A program made the position numbers and the translations under genes. A DNA stretch of 64,000 nucleotides from Hormiphora californensis (taxonomy: Eukaryota > Animalia > Ctenophora). The notes under the pieces were generated by a model. That model worked only from the letters and a program-made list of their open reading frames with translations, did no database searches and had not been told where the DNA came from. Of this stretch, positions 50,224 to 63,282 are shown piece after piece. How positions within the stretch are numbered: position 1 is the stretch's first letter; each line of letters opens with the position of its first letter. The stretch is from NCBI GenBank assembly GCA_020137815.1, contig CM035359.1, positions 5,828,001 to 5,892,000 on the forward strand, written 5' to 3'.

Positions 50224-53200
50224 CACTGCGGCAGCTGCAGCCGAGGCCATCAATACATAGAATACCGTCTCAAATGTTTTGGGCCCTGACTGAAAGGAGG
50301 GGGGGGGGTGTTAGGAAAATAACAAAGGATGCACGTGGCAATATCAAGTCGAACTCGAAGGAGTATGCTGTATGAAATTATGGTTGTGGTTTTTAGAAAT
50401 CTCAGCTATTTGTGGTAGAATGACGGATGGCTTCAAAGTGTAGAGAGCTATAATTTGATAATTTTACCAGTACAGTCATGTCTCAATTTGTTAATGTTCC
50501 AGTTGTTATTGAATTCTCCTACATGTATCCGTCACTTTATGTTACACTGCTCCTTCATAAAACACGAAACTTACCCTTTCTGTTACACTGCTCCTTCATA
50601 AAACAAGACACTTACCGTTTTTGTTACACTGCTCCTTCATAAAACAAGACACTTACCGTTTTTGTTACACTGCTCCTTCATAAAACACAACACTTACCCT
50701 TTCTGTTACACTGTTCTTTCATAACACACGACACTTACCCTTTCTGTTACACTGCTCCTTTATAAAACACAACACTCACCCGGCCACTGATGAGCACACT
50801 AGTGATGTAAGGTCCTACTGTTGCTCCAATGGATCCCGTTCCATCGATAATAGCCGAAACGGTAGCCAGCGCTTGAGAGTTCCCCCTAACGTGCTCGCTT
50901 GTACCCTGTTTGAGTTTGATATAACACACATATAAACGTCTGTCAACCTTTCGGATCACAGAAAATCAAGAATACAGAACTCTGCAGACAGATTTCTAGG
51001 AAGGATTAATATCTAAATTCCCAGAATGTTGCACTCACCAAGTCAGCACTGACGGCCGTTGTAATTAGAGCGTAGGGTCCGTTTGAGAAAAACCCGAGTA
51101 CAGCCATCATTACCAGTTGGGCTGAGAAGGAGATGGTTCCGTATGTGTAGTAGATGTAGAGCTGAGGAAGGGTGGAGGTTAGGGAGGGCGGAGGTTAGAA
51201 AGGGCACATTGTTATGATTTTGGATATGATGAAGACTCGATCTTGTCTCCCTATCTATCATCCACCCTCAACTTAATTAGGGTTGGGGTTAGACAAGGCA
51301 AAGATTATGTTTGTAGCCTCTAATGCTCACACGAATGACCCATATGCATATATAATCTTGATGATTGGATAGCACCAGGAGGTAGCACTCTAGATTGAGC
51401 TGTGTGTACACTCCGACATATGAACAATATAAGATTAAATGAACAGACAATTGGGATCTCTCTCTCTCTCTCTCCCTCTTTCTCTCCCCCATCTCTCTCC
51501 CCTTCTCTCCCTCTCTCTCCCATCTCTCTCCCTCTCTCTCTCTCTCCCCATCTCTCTCCCTTTCTCTCCCTCTTTCTCCCAATTTCAATGCTCCAGACAT
51601 GTGCAGTTACTCTGATTTGCTTTCTACTCGCCTACTGCGAATGTTTCGTTGTGAACAGTTAGAACTTGCCTAGCTCGACCCCCCTTTTCGCGAGCTCCAC
51701 CTCTTTTACAAATAAAGTCAGATCTTGATTCCTTATTCGTTCCTTCTTCCCCCTTTTAGAGGCCTTTTAATCGATCCAATAAATGGATGCTACTCATATA
51801 ATTATATTCCTCATTTCCCAAGCCTAAGTTTTACCACAACTAGTAGATACCGTAAGTTGGGGTAACTTTGTACCACTTTTTAGCATTCTCCTAAAATAAC
51901 TCCTTGCCAGAACCACACTCGAAAATTTTTGAACCAAATAATCCCGTTCCAGACCTAGTACACCAGATATAACTAGTGAAATTTTTGGTCCCCTCTCATT
52001 TAATTACATTAATTAGCGTGTATTTTAGTGTAAGTGGGGTTTTAGGGCATGGGGTAACTTTGGAATGAGGGTGGGGTAACTTTGGACACCCGTCCAAAGT
52101 TACCCCACGATAGTAATATTATATAATATATATATATATATATATATAATATATAATATTGGAACAATATACAATATATAATATATAATATTGGAACAAA
52201 CATAAATCCGAACATTTTGCAATGATAAATAAATGAACCTAAAATGTTTAAATGGGGTTTAAATGGGTCAATAAATTAAAAAAGAACAATAGGGTTAGCC
52301 AAACGCCCCATGATTTAAAAAACATTTGTTGATGTCGGCTCAACTTTTTTGGGTGTGAGGAATGATGAAACTAGCCACCAAATAAAATTTCAGCTCAATC
52401 GGACTTGATTTAGAGGTTGCCACATCCGACCTGAAACCCATCAAACTTCAGTAATTTGGGGTCCCTCATCCATCCTGTAGTTTGGTAGATGGTATTGGCC
52501 CTATAGTTCTTTTTGCTGAATTGGATAGACAGGAAGTGGTCTACTTATAATGGGTACTGGCTAAATAAAGGAGTTTTGGTACCTGTGCTCCTGCATAGAT
52601 TGTCTACAAGAACTAGAACACTCGCCTAGAGATCCAATACCATCTAACAAGCTACAGGATGGATGAGGAACCCCAAATTATTGAAGTTTGATGGGTTTCA
52701 GGCCGGATTTCTGTGATTTAGCTCCATAAAATAGTTCAAATCGTAGTTTTTTTTTCACTAACCTATCGAATAGATGGATGGAAATGGGCGTGGAGTGGGC
52801 TGAATCTAGGTTATATGGCCCTAAACAATTCAGAGAGGGTCTAAGGCAACTCTACAGACATCAAAAATTCCAAACCTGTAGTGTGGGGTAACTTTGGCAC
52901 CCCGTCCAAAGTTACCCCAAAATTCAAAAAATGGTGGGGTAACATTTGCCACCCCTATTAGTCTTAATTAAAGTAATTGATCGGGTTTGAAAAATGGTGC
53001 CCCGAATTATTTGATCGAAACCCTTCCACTCTATGGAGCAAACTTGATTCGGTCATTAGCCCGGTCAAATCTATGGTACCCATTTTGACTTGAACATTTT
53101 AAGCGATTTTGACATCAATTATGTTTGCCCCTAATTAGGAGCTAATTAGCATAGAATTGAAAAAAATAATTGTACCGTTAGTTAGACATTTGTAGGTCAA

Positions 53201-56200
53201 TTACTTGTACACCCCAAAATTATGCCAAATCTGTCGTTATCTGTTGGTAATTTTGGGCTAAAGCCAAATTTTGAAAGTGTCCAAAGTTACCCTGCAAAAC
53301 AAAGTTACCCCAGATTACGGTACTTACTAGTGGTACAGAGACGCACTGAAAGACGATGCACACAATAGCATTACATCCAGTTTTATCAGCTAATAATCCA
53401 CAAAATATTGATCCTAGAATACCTGAGTGGAGGGGGTATTGGAGTGAAATTTGAGGGTTTAAATTCTGTTGATTTGTTAATAATAGTTAGTAAAATATTT
53501 TATGAACTATATAGTGGTCTGCTTGAAATCTTTATTACTCTTACCTCCAATATCAAATAACGTAGCGATGTCTCCACTTTTACTAGCGTCGTATACCTTG
53601 CCTCCGATCTCTAGAGATAGTGAGATAAAATAGAGAAATGAGGGGAGGTAAGAACTGAAATTGTTTTTTTTTCCGTGATTTTATGAACCACGCACAATGA
53701 GTCGTTCATGGTTATTGGAGATAACTTACTGATTGTGTGGATATACTGGGGTAGACAGAAAAGGAAGGTGTAACAGACCAACTTTGCGAAAAACAATGCC
53801 GATGCAAACTCTAGAACACCCTGAAAACATGGAAATTTGTGGTGAATCTGTCACGATTCAATTTCACCAAAATAGTTGAGGGAAAAAAAGATGATTCAGG
53901 CCGAGGTTCACGGTATTATATCTATATCGTGGTTTGTGTACTTACAGGTATCCTGAGAGCGTCCCAGAATGAGATGCCAGGAATACTGTTAGGATCTCTC
54001 ATATCTATCTCCTCATCATCTGAGTCAAAACTAAGGAGAGAGAGAATAGGTTTACAGAATGGTGTAATTTAATATTGCATGAGTCATTTGAGTATAAAAT
54101 AGTGAGATGTTTGATCTAATTAGCTATGAGCTGACTGAAAGTTACGTGTTCTTACTGTGTGCTAGTGTTTTGTAGGGATCTCACTAGCCTCTCCTCATCC
54201 TCCTCACGTCTCAACTGGGAGGGTGGTGCAAGACCGACAGCCTGGGGTGCTGGGGGGGGGGGGGGGGGGGTGGAGAAGTGTATCAGGGGATGTATGTTTT
54301 CGTAGGTAGAGTAATGTGACAAATCTTGGAACTTAGATTCTACTAAAATTGAACCAGTACTAAACCTAAAACTTCTGTATACTACTTCAGAGTGAAAGTT
54401 TTTGAGACTCACTGGTAGGTAGAAATAGAAAGACAATAACGCCCAGTCCACCTATTACGATTGCTGGGAAGATGAAGGATAGGCCCCTGAAATATATTGG
54501 ATTTTGGTAAGGGTCGGTGTCACGATCAGGGGTTTTTTTTTTAAACCCCCTTTTTAACCCCCCTTTTGGTCCCTTTTTCCCCTTTTCCAAAAAACCCCTT
54601 TTGACTTAAAATAATTTTGGGGTTAATTTTTTTAATTTAAAATTTTCCCGGGTTTTTTGGGGGGAGTAAAAAACCCCCCCCAAGTATCAAACCCGAAAAA
54701 TTTTTTTAAAGGGGGGCTCCCAAAAAAATTAGAAAAAACCCGGGACCAGGAATGAAAGTTTAAAAAAATTTGATGGCAAAAAATTTATTAACAACTCCTT
54801 TTTCTCCCCCCCCCCCCCGGGGGGGGGGGGGCCCCCCCCGGGGGGGGGGGGGGGGGGGGTTTTAAAGGGGGGGGGGGGGCCCCCTTTTTTTAAAAAAAAA
54901 AAAAAAAAAAAGAGAGAAAGGGAAAAAAAGGGGGGGGGGGGGGGAATGGAAAAGGGGGGGGGGTTTTGGGAGAAGGGGGGACCGGGGGGGGGGGGGTGGG
55001 GGGGGGCGGGGAGGAAAAACCCCCCCAAAAAAAATAAAAAAAAAAAAAAAAAAAAAAGGGGGGGATTTTTTTTTTGGGGGGGGGAACAAAAGTTTTTTTC
55101 CCCCCAAATTTTTGGGGGGGGGGTTTTCCCCCCCAAAAAAGACAAAAAATTGTAAAGGGGTTTTGTTTTTTTTTATTTTATTGGAAGTTTTAAAAAAAAT
55201 GGGGAAAAAATTTTTTTTTTGGGGGTTTTCTTTTTTTTTTTTTTTTTTTTAAAAATAAAATTTAAAAAAAATTTTTTTCCAAAACCCTAAACGTCCGGAA
55301 TTTTCCCCTTTAAAAAAACCCTTTCCCCACTTTATTTTTCCTTTTTCTTCCTTTTTCCCCCTTTTTCTAGAGTTGTTCTCTTCTAACAACCCCCCCCCAT
55401 CGCACCATTGTACCCGGGTTGTGAGTTGTGATTATAACACACATATCAACGTCTGTCAACCTTTCGGATCACAGAAAATCAACGAAATACAGAACTCTGC
55501 GGCCAGATATTTCTAGAAGGATGATACTACTAATTCCTCAGAATAGTTGCACCACCAAGTCCGCACGCGAGGGCCGTTGTTGATTAGAGCTGTGGTTCCA
55601 TTTAGAAAAACACCTATTACAGGCCATCCATTACCTAGTTGGGGCCTAGAAGGAGCATGGTTCCCGTATGTGTAGTAGATTAGAGATGAGAACGACGGAA
55701 GTTAGGGAGGGCGGAGGTTAGGTAGGGTGCAGGAGGTTAGGTAGGGTGCAGGAGGTTAGGGAGGGCGGAGGTTTATAGGGAGCGTGGAGGTTAGGGAGGG
55801 TCGAGGTTATGATTTTAGATATGGTGAAGACTCCGGTCTTGTCTCCCTATCTATCCTCCACCCTCAACTTAATTAGGGTTGCGTTCTAAAGAGAGTCCGA
55901 CGAGGCAAAGATTATGTTTGAGCCTCCCATGACCCTATATAATCTTGATGATTGGATGTCACCAGGAGGGGTAGCAACTGACTAGATTGAGTCTGAAGTG
56001 TAACACACCGCATATGAACACATTTATGATTTGACTGAACAAGACAATTGGGATCTCTCTCTCTACTCTCTCCTCTTTCTCTCCCCATCTCTTGGCCCCT
56101 ATTACATCCCTCTCATCTCCCATCTCTCTCCTACTACTCTCTACTCTCTCCCCCCATCTCTCTCCCTTTCCTTCCCTCTTTCATCCCAATTTCAATGCTC

Positions 56201-59200
56201 CAGACATGTGGCACTACTCTGATTGCTTTATGTTTTCTATTTTATCGCCTACTGCGATGTTTCGTTGTGAACAGTTGAACTTGCCCTAGCTCTACCACCC
56301 CTTTTCGCGAGCTCCACCTCTTTTACAAATAAAGCAGTCTTGATTCCTTATTCGTTCCTTCTCGCCCCTTTTAGAGGCCTTTAATCGATTCCATAATAAT
56401 GGATGCTACTCATATAATTATATTCCTCAATTTTCCCAAGGCTAATTTTTAACCACAACTAGTAGATACAGTAAGTTGGGATACTTGTACCACTTTTTAG
56501 CATTCTCTAAAATAAATAACCTCTGCCAGAACCACACTCGAAAATTTTGAACCATAATCCCCGTCCAGACCTAGTAACACCAGATATAACTAGGAAAGTT
56601 TTGGTCCCCCATCATTTAATTACATTAATTAGCGTTATTTTAGGTAAGTGCGGGGGGTTTTAGGGCATGCGGGTTAACTTTGGAATGAGGGTGGGGGTAA
56701 CTTTGGACACCCTCCAAAGTTTACCCCACGATGTAATATTATATAATATAATAGATATATATATATAATGATATAATATTGGACAATATACCAATAATAA
56801 TAATAATATTGGAACAAAATAAATCCCGAAACATTTTGCAATGATAAAATAAATGAACCTAAAATGTTTAAATGGGGGTTTTAAAATGGTTCAATAAATT
56901 AAAAAAAGAACAATAGGGTTAGCCAAGCCCCATGATTTAAAAACATTTGTTGTGTACGGCTCAACTTTTTGGGTGTGAGGAATGATGAAACTAGCCACCA
57001 AAATAAATTTCACTCAATGGACCGTGATTTAGAGGTTGGCCACATCTCCGACTGAAACCCAATCAAACTTCAGTAATTTGGGGTCCCTCATCCTATCCTG
57101 TAGTTTGAGATGTAATTGGCCCTTAAGCGTTCTTTTGCCTGAATTGGATAGATACAGGAAGTGGTTCTACTTAAGGGGTACTGGCTAAATAACAGGAGTT
57201 TTTGGTACCTGTGCTCCTGCACTAGATTGTGCTACAAGAACTAGACAACTCGCATCTAGAGATCCAATATCCATACCTAACAAGCTACGGGAATGGATGA
57301 AGGACACCCGAAATTATATGAAGGTTGATGGGTTTCAGGGCCGGATTTCTGTGATTTTAGCCAGCTCCATAAAATAGTTTCAAATGTAGTTTTTTTTTCA
57401 CTAACCTATCAGATAGATGGATGAAAATGCGTGGCCGTTGGGAGTGGGCTGAATCTAGGTTATATCGCCAAACAATTCAGAGAGGGTTTCTAAGGCCAAT
57501 CTCACCAGAACATCAAAAATTCCAAACCTGTAGTGTGGGGTAACTTATGGGCAGCCCCGTCCAAAAGTTACCCCAAATTCAAAAAATGGTTGGGGTAACA
57601 TTTGCCACCCCCCTATATCTTAAATTTAAGTAATTGATCGGGTTTGCAAAAATGGTTTGCCAGGCCGCATTATTGATCGAACACCCTTCCATCTATGGAG
57701 CACACTTGGATTCGGTATCATAGCCCGGTCAAATCTATGGGTACCCATTTTTGACCTTGAACATTTTTAAGCGATTTTGACATCAATATGTTTGCCCCCT
57801 ATTAGGAGGCTAATTAGCATACGAATTGAAAAAAAATATGTAGCCGTTAGTTAAGACTATTTTAGGCAATTACTTGTAACACCCCAAAACATTATGCCAA
57901 TATCTGTCTTATCTGTTGGTATTTTTGGGCTAAAGACCCAAATTTTTGAATAGGGCCAAAGTTACCCACCTGCGCAAAACAAAGTTACCCCAGATTACGG
58001 ACTTACTAGTGGTACGGAGACGAGCAACTGAAAGACACGGATGCACACCACAATACATACAATATCCAGTTTTTATGAGCTAACTCGCAATCCACAAAAT
58101 ATGATCCTAGAATACCTGAGTTTGGAGGGGGTAATTGGAGTGTAATTTGAGGGTATTAAACTTCTGTGATTGTGTTAATAAATAGTTTAGGTAAAATATT
58201 TTATAACTATATAGTGGCTGCTTGAAATCTTTATTAACCTGTACAATCAATAATAATAACGTGTCGACCTGTCTCCACTGTTTACTAGCCGTCGTTAACC
58301 TTGCACTCCGATTCTCTATAGATACTGAGATAAAATCTAGAGAATATGAGGGGGAAGGTATACATCTGAAATTGTTTTTGTTTTGCCGTATTTTTATGAA
58401 ACCACGCACAATGAGTCGTTCATGTGTTATTGGCGATAACTTACTGATGTGTGTGATATACATGGTGGTAAACAGGAAAAGGAAGGTGTAACAGACCAAC
58501 TTTGCGAAAAACAATGCCGATGCAAAACCTAGAACACCTGAAAACAGGAAATTTGTGGTGAATCTGTCATCGATTCAATTTCACAAAACTAGTTGAGGGA
58601 AAAAAAAAAGAGTGATTCAGGCCGAGGTCACGGTATTATATCTATAATCGTGGTTTGTGTACTTACAGGTATCTGAGAGCGTCCCAGAATAGATGCAGGA
58701 ATACTGTTAGGAGTCTCTCATACTCTATTCGATCCTCCATCATCTGAGTCAAAACTTAGGAGAGGAGAATAGGTTCTTACAGAATGGTGTATATTAATAT
58801 GCATGAGTCATTGAAGTATAAACTAGTGAGATGTTTGAGTCTAATTAGCTATGAGCTGACTGAAAGTTACGTGTTCTACTGTGTGCTAGTGTTTTGTAGG
58901 GATCTCACTAGCCTCTCCCTCATCCCTCCTCACGTCTCAAACTGGGGAGGGTGTGTGCGAAGACCGACAGCTTGGGTGCGTGGGGGGGGGGGGGGGGTGA
59001 GAAGTGTATCAGGGGATGTAGTGTGTTCGTAGGTAAGTATGTACCAAATCTGGAAACTTAGATTTCTACTAAAATTGAACCAGTTACTAAACCTAAACTT
59101 CTGTATACTACATACTTCAGGAGTGAAAGTTTTTTTGAGACTCACTGGTAGGTAGAAAAGAAAGACAATAACGCCCCAGTCCACCTATACGATGTGCTGG

Positions 59201-60368
59201 GAAGATAAGGATTAGGCCCTCTGCAAATATATTCGGATTTTGGTAAGGTCGGTGTACGATCAGGGGGTTTTATACAATGTTGGCCCCCACTTTTCCGATA
59301 TGCTGACGCTGTCTAGTAGCGTCTCCCTTCCAGCACATCCTCCCTACATATAGGGACTCCTAATTATAAATATGTCAGGAAATAGCACGTTGTAATTTAT
59401 TCAAGATTGCCGGGTGGTGTAAGTAAAACGGGCCTGCTTTACTGTATAACATTGCCCGAAATACTTTCTATTCGGTGGGGCTTGCCTATATTGTATGAAA
59501 ATACTTAGTTCTTTCGGCACCAGGCCAATGGAACCAGCTTACTCAAACACATGTTGGTATCAGGCCAATAAAATTATTAATGAAACAACCTCCCTCAAAT
59601 ATTGACTGGCCACCAGACACCAAGCGAGAGAGAGAGAGAGAGAAGGAGAGAGAGAAGAAGGAGCGAGAAGAGAGAGAGATGAGAGAGAGAGACGAGAGAG
59701 AGAGGAGGAGGAGAGAGGAGATTGAGTAGAGATGGAAGAGAGGGAGACTTTCTAGGGAGTGAGTGGCACACGACTTTCAATTTTCTAACTATGTGAGCTG
59801 ATGTGGAGAGACGAGAGAGAAGGGAGAGGAGGAGAGAAAGAGAGAGAGGGGGAAAAACAAAAAAAAAACAAAAAAGGGAATGAGAGAGAGAGAGAGAGAG
59901 AGAGAAGAGAGAAAGGAGAGAGAAGAGAGAGGAGAGAAATGAGAATGAGAGAGAGAGAGAGAGAGAGAGGATAAGATGAGAGAGACAGGAGAGAGGATTT
60001 GAGCGCGACGGAGGAGAGAGAGAGAGCGGAGAGGAGTGAACCCGAGAGATGAAGAGAGAAGAAGAGAGAGAGAAGAGAGCGAGGGAGAGAGAGAGAGAGA
60101 AGACGATGATGAGAGAGAGAGAGAGAGCGAGAGAGAGGATGAGAGAAGAGAGAGAGAAGGGAGGAAGAAGAGAGACGAGCGATGTGATGAGAGAAGTAGA
60201 TCGTGGGATAGAGAGAGAGACTGAGAGTTGGACCGAGACGAGAGAGTGGAGGGGAGAGAGAGACTCACCACGTGTCAATACTGTCGGACTCTGCTGCGGC
60301 CACCAGTCCACCCAAGATGTTTCCTACAGAGGTGTGAGAGTTCCATATTCCCATGATGAAACCACGAC
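50224..60368 (-). CDS. SLC37A: SLC37-family (MFS, GlpT-like) sugar-phosphate exchanger, multi-exon; N-terminal exons and last exon not resolved
   Basis: GFIMGIWNSHTSVGNILGG (~60270-60365, one indel), ISFWDALRIP-GVLEFASALFFAKLVCYTFLF, ATLFDIG-GILGSIFCGLLAD, NGPYALITTAVSADL-G, NSQALATVSAIIDGTGSIGATVGP, VFYVLM. Confidence 0.92.
50533..50779 (-). repeat. ~41-bp tandem repeat (about 6 copies), units beginning with 5' splice-site-like GTAAGT
   Basis: Plus-strand unit CACTTACCCTTTCTGTTACACTGCTCCTTCATAAAACACGA; starts at the true donor GG|GTGAGT (~50779). Confidence 0.9.
51850..53320. mobile_element. 1.47-kb non-autonomous TA-duplicating DNA transposon (pogo/mariner type) in an SLC37 intron; degraded second copy at ~56470-58000
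   Basis: TA|CCGTAAGTTGGGGTAACTTTG ... CAAAGTTACCCCAGATTACGG|TA; internal GGGGTAACTTTGG subrepeats. Confidence 0.88.
55410..59270. other. Indel-rich direct duplicate of ~50900-54530 (SLC37 exons and the transposon)
   Basis: Colinear with the first copy, with dense 1-2 nt indels; joined to it by a homopolymer-inflated junction at 54530-55400. Confidence 0.9.
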
Positions 60369-61453
60369 TGAAAATAAATTAGTAAAAGGGCGTGATTAGT
60401 GTTTTAGTTAGTTTGCATTGGTAAGTCTATGAAATATGGTATGTAATTAGCATTTTTAGTTAGTTTGGGGTCAGTTTCGTGTGTTCTGTGTGTATGTGTG
60501 TGTGTGTGTGTGTGTTTTGCGTGAGGGAGAGGGAGATAGAGAGGGATAAAAGGAATTTAATCCAAGAGATTGCAACTAAATTCTGTCAAAGGTTAATTGT
60601 ACGGAAATTCCAACATACGACCATTTCTCTATCTTTATTTTTAACCTTTTTCTCTCTATCTCTCTATCTATATCTCTCTCTCTCACTTTTTTCTCATTCT
60701 CTCTCTCTCTTACTCTGTCTCTCCCATCTATTCCGTGACCGTTATATATGTCTGCCCCACATAAAATTCCTAGAAAACTAATTTAGCCCATGCTTATTGC
60801 ACACGTATATTACATCTAGGGGGATATAAAAATAAGCTTGTTTCATACATCGTTTCCTTCAATTTGCTTTTCGAACATCCCATATGAGTGTGAAATGGCT
60901 TCTTACGAAAAGGTGGAACTCAATCTGGAAACAGGGGTACAGTTCGTCATAACTGTAAACACTAGGTACTATAAGAGCCATCAAATGCGTACAAATAGTA
61001 CACAGAGATGTCTGTTCTTGTTGACAGGTTGTATTGCACTAATGGTTCAACTAACTAAAGGCTCAAGATTTTTAATATCTTCTCTGGCTGCTAATCTCAC
61101 TTTCTCTCTCACACATACCCTATTTAATCCTGAACAAGATCTCATCATTGATATTTAACTAAAGGCTGTTTGATCAATTCTATCTCGGAACCATCCTCTT
61201 TTGCTCCGTTTCCTTGTATTGTTATTATTGCTATCTTCTCCCTACATAACAGTGATAGAAGTTTATGGACAACTGAGACAATTATTTTATTCCAGGAAAT
61301 AAATCACACGACGGTTTCGTCGAACATCGACATCATCAGGCTGCTAAAAATAAGGTCACATTAATTAATGTCTAATATCTAAAATACACGAAATAGGAAC
61401 TATACAATATATACATCACACGCAAACTAGGAATCAGAAAATCAGATACTGTA

Positions 61454-62008
61454 TCAGATAATAAATTGTTCGATCTTTTCTCCCTCTTCTCGTTTGTTAA
61501 TGCTAGGTTTAAGAGATTTGATTAGGATCGCCTCCGTGACTTTTCGTCTGACTGGCTGGTCCAAGCCAGTTGCCAATATGTCAAACTCTAAATCAGGGGG
61601 TTCTCCATTGTGTTGTGATTGGTAGTGTGCTGCAAGTGCTTCGTTAGGGTAGATATTGGGCGATTTCGCTGCCAATCTGTGCTCCTTGAAACGCTCACGG
61701 CACGGTCTAGCCGTCTCACCCACATATATTTCATTACATAATTTACACACTATCTTGTATACCACTCCCTTGACAGTACAATCCAAAGTGGGATGGGTCA
61801 TGAGGGGGCATACAAGACAGTTAGTAATATGACAGTGTGTTCTGTCGTGCGGTCTCGATTTGCAAAACAGGTTTCTCAACTTGGTACCTGGTGTAAACAC
61901 AACTCGGATGGGAAGAGTGTGTGACCGTATGAATGAAATTACTAACTCAGAAAATGATTCACTAATATAGGGAAGTTTAAGTATCGTGAGATGTGATCTC
62001 GTGAGCAC
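61454..62008 (-). CDS. Penelope-type GIY-YIG endonuclease (C-terminal ORF fragment), inverted copy
   Basis: LKLPYISE..C..C..VVYKIVCKLCNEIYVGETARPCRERFKEH..ALAAH..RKVTEAILIK..PSIN. Confidence 0.93.
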   Translation of the reverse strand: MLTRSHLTILKLPYISESFSELVISFIRSHTLPIRVVFTPGTKLRNLFCKSRPHDRTHCHITNCLVCPLMTHPTLDCTVKGVVYKIVCKLCNEIYVGETARPCRERFKEHRLAAKSPNIYPNEALAAHYQSQHNGEPPDLEFDILATGLDQPVRRKVTEAILIKSLKPSINKREEGEKIEQFII

Positions 62009-62011
62009 TCC

Positions 62012-62545
62012 ACGATACTTAAACTTCCCTATATTAGTGAATCATTTTCTGAGTTAGTAATTTCATTCATACGGTCACACACTCTTCCCATCCGAGTTGT
62101 GTTTACACCAGGTACCAAGTTGAGAAACCTGTTTTGCAAATCGAGACCGCACGACAGAACACACTGTCATATTACTAACTGTCTTGTATGCCCCCTCATG
62201 ACCCATCCCACTTTGGATTGTACTGTCAAGGGAGTGGTATACAAGATAGTGTGTAAATTATGTAATGAAATATATGTGGGTGAGACGGCTAGACCGTGCC
62301 GTGAGCGTTTCAAGGAGCACAGATTGGCAGCGAAATCGCCCAATATCTACCCTAACGAAGCACTTGCAGCACACTACCAATCACAACACAATGGAGAACC
62401 CCCTGATTTAGAGTTTGACATATTGGCAACTGGCTTGGACCAGCCAGTCAGACGAAAAGTCACGGAGGCGATCCTAATCAAATCTCTTAAACCTAGCATT
62501 AACAAACGAGAAGAGGGAGAAAAGATCGAACAATTTATTATCTGA
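62012..62545 (+). CDS. Penelope-type GIY-YIG endonuclease (C-terminal ORF fragment)
   Basis: Same protein sequence as the minus copy; truncated at the inversion point. Confidence 0.93.
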   Translation, partial: TILKLPYISESFSELVISFIRSHTLPIRVVFTPGTKLRNLFCKSRPHDRTHCHITNCLVCPLMTHPTLDCTVKGVVYKIVCKLCNEIYVGETARPCRERFKEHRLAAKSPNIYPNEALAAHYQSQHNGEPPDLEFDILATGLDQPVRRKVTEAILIKSLKPSINKREEGEKIEQFII

Positions 62546-62654
62546 TACAGTATCTGATTTTCTGATTCCTAGTTTGCGTGTGATGTATATATTGTATAGT
62601 TCCTATTTCGTGTATTTTAGATATTAGACATTAATTAATGTGACCTTATTTTTA

Positions 62655-62695
62655 GCAGCCTGATGATGTCGATGTTCGACGAAACCGTCGTGTGA
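62655..62695 (+). ncRNA. Minimal type I hammerhead-ribozyme-like motif in the Penelope 3' region (mirror copy at 61305-61344, minus strand)
   Basis: CTGATGA-T-GTCGA(TGT)TCGAC-GAAA-CC-GTC: core boxes and stem II are present; stems I and III are weak. Confidence 0.6.
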
Positions 62696-63282
62696 TTTAT
62701 TTCCTGGAATAAAATAATTGTCTCAGTTGTCCATAAACTTCTATCAACTATTGAAGATGAGACTCATATCAAGCGTGGCAACACATGAACTACATAACAG
62801 TGATTCGTAGAATATCGCGATCGACCGTACACACTTATTGATAATCATTTTTTAAACCCAATTGATTTATTCAAGTGCAAACTCTAAATATTCGGCAGTC
62901 TCGTGATTCTTTATTCTAGTTTACAATTCACTGTGTATATTATCCATTGTATAATAAGGCCCGGCTGGCACACATGGGGCAAAATGAGGTGTAATCAGCA
63001 TGACAATGAACAATGATTATACCCTGCTTAGCTAGACTCTGGAACCCTCTCTCCCTCTCTCATACAATCTCTTCCTAGCTAACACACTACATTGCAAGTG
63101 ACCTGCAGCAGTATGCTTAATTGAAATTCATAGTTCATGGAGTATGAGTCTTACTTTAATTTTACTTTGACTCTAGACTGTTTAGTATTTATGTAGTTAG
63201 CCCAAACATAATTACCCGTTTTGTTCCATATGACAACCCCTGTTTAATCCATATTTCTCTCCCTCTCTCTCCCCAGCCCACT

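Larger units (their letters stand above)
61253..62789. mobile_element. Penelope-like element: two head-to-head inverted 3' fragments (GIY-YIG plus 3' UTR) flanked by a target-site duplication
   Basis: Arms 61253-61988 and 62011-62746 are reverse complements; CTACATAACAGTGAT occurs at both 61242-61256 and 62790-62804. Confidence 0.92.
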
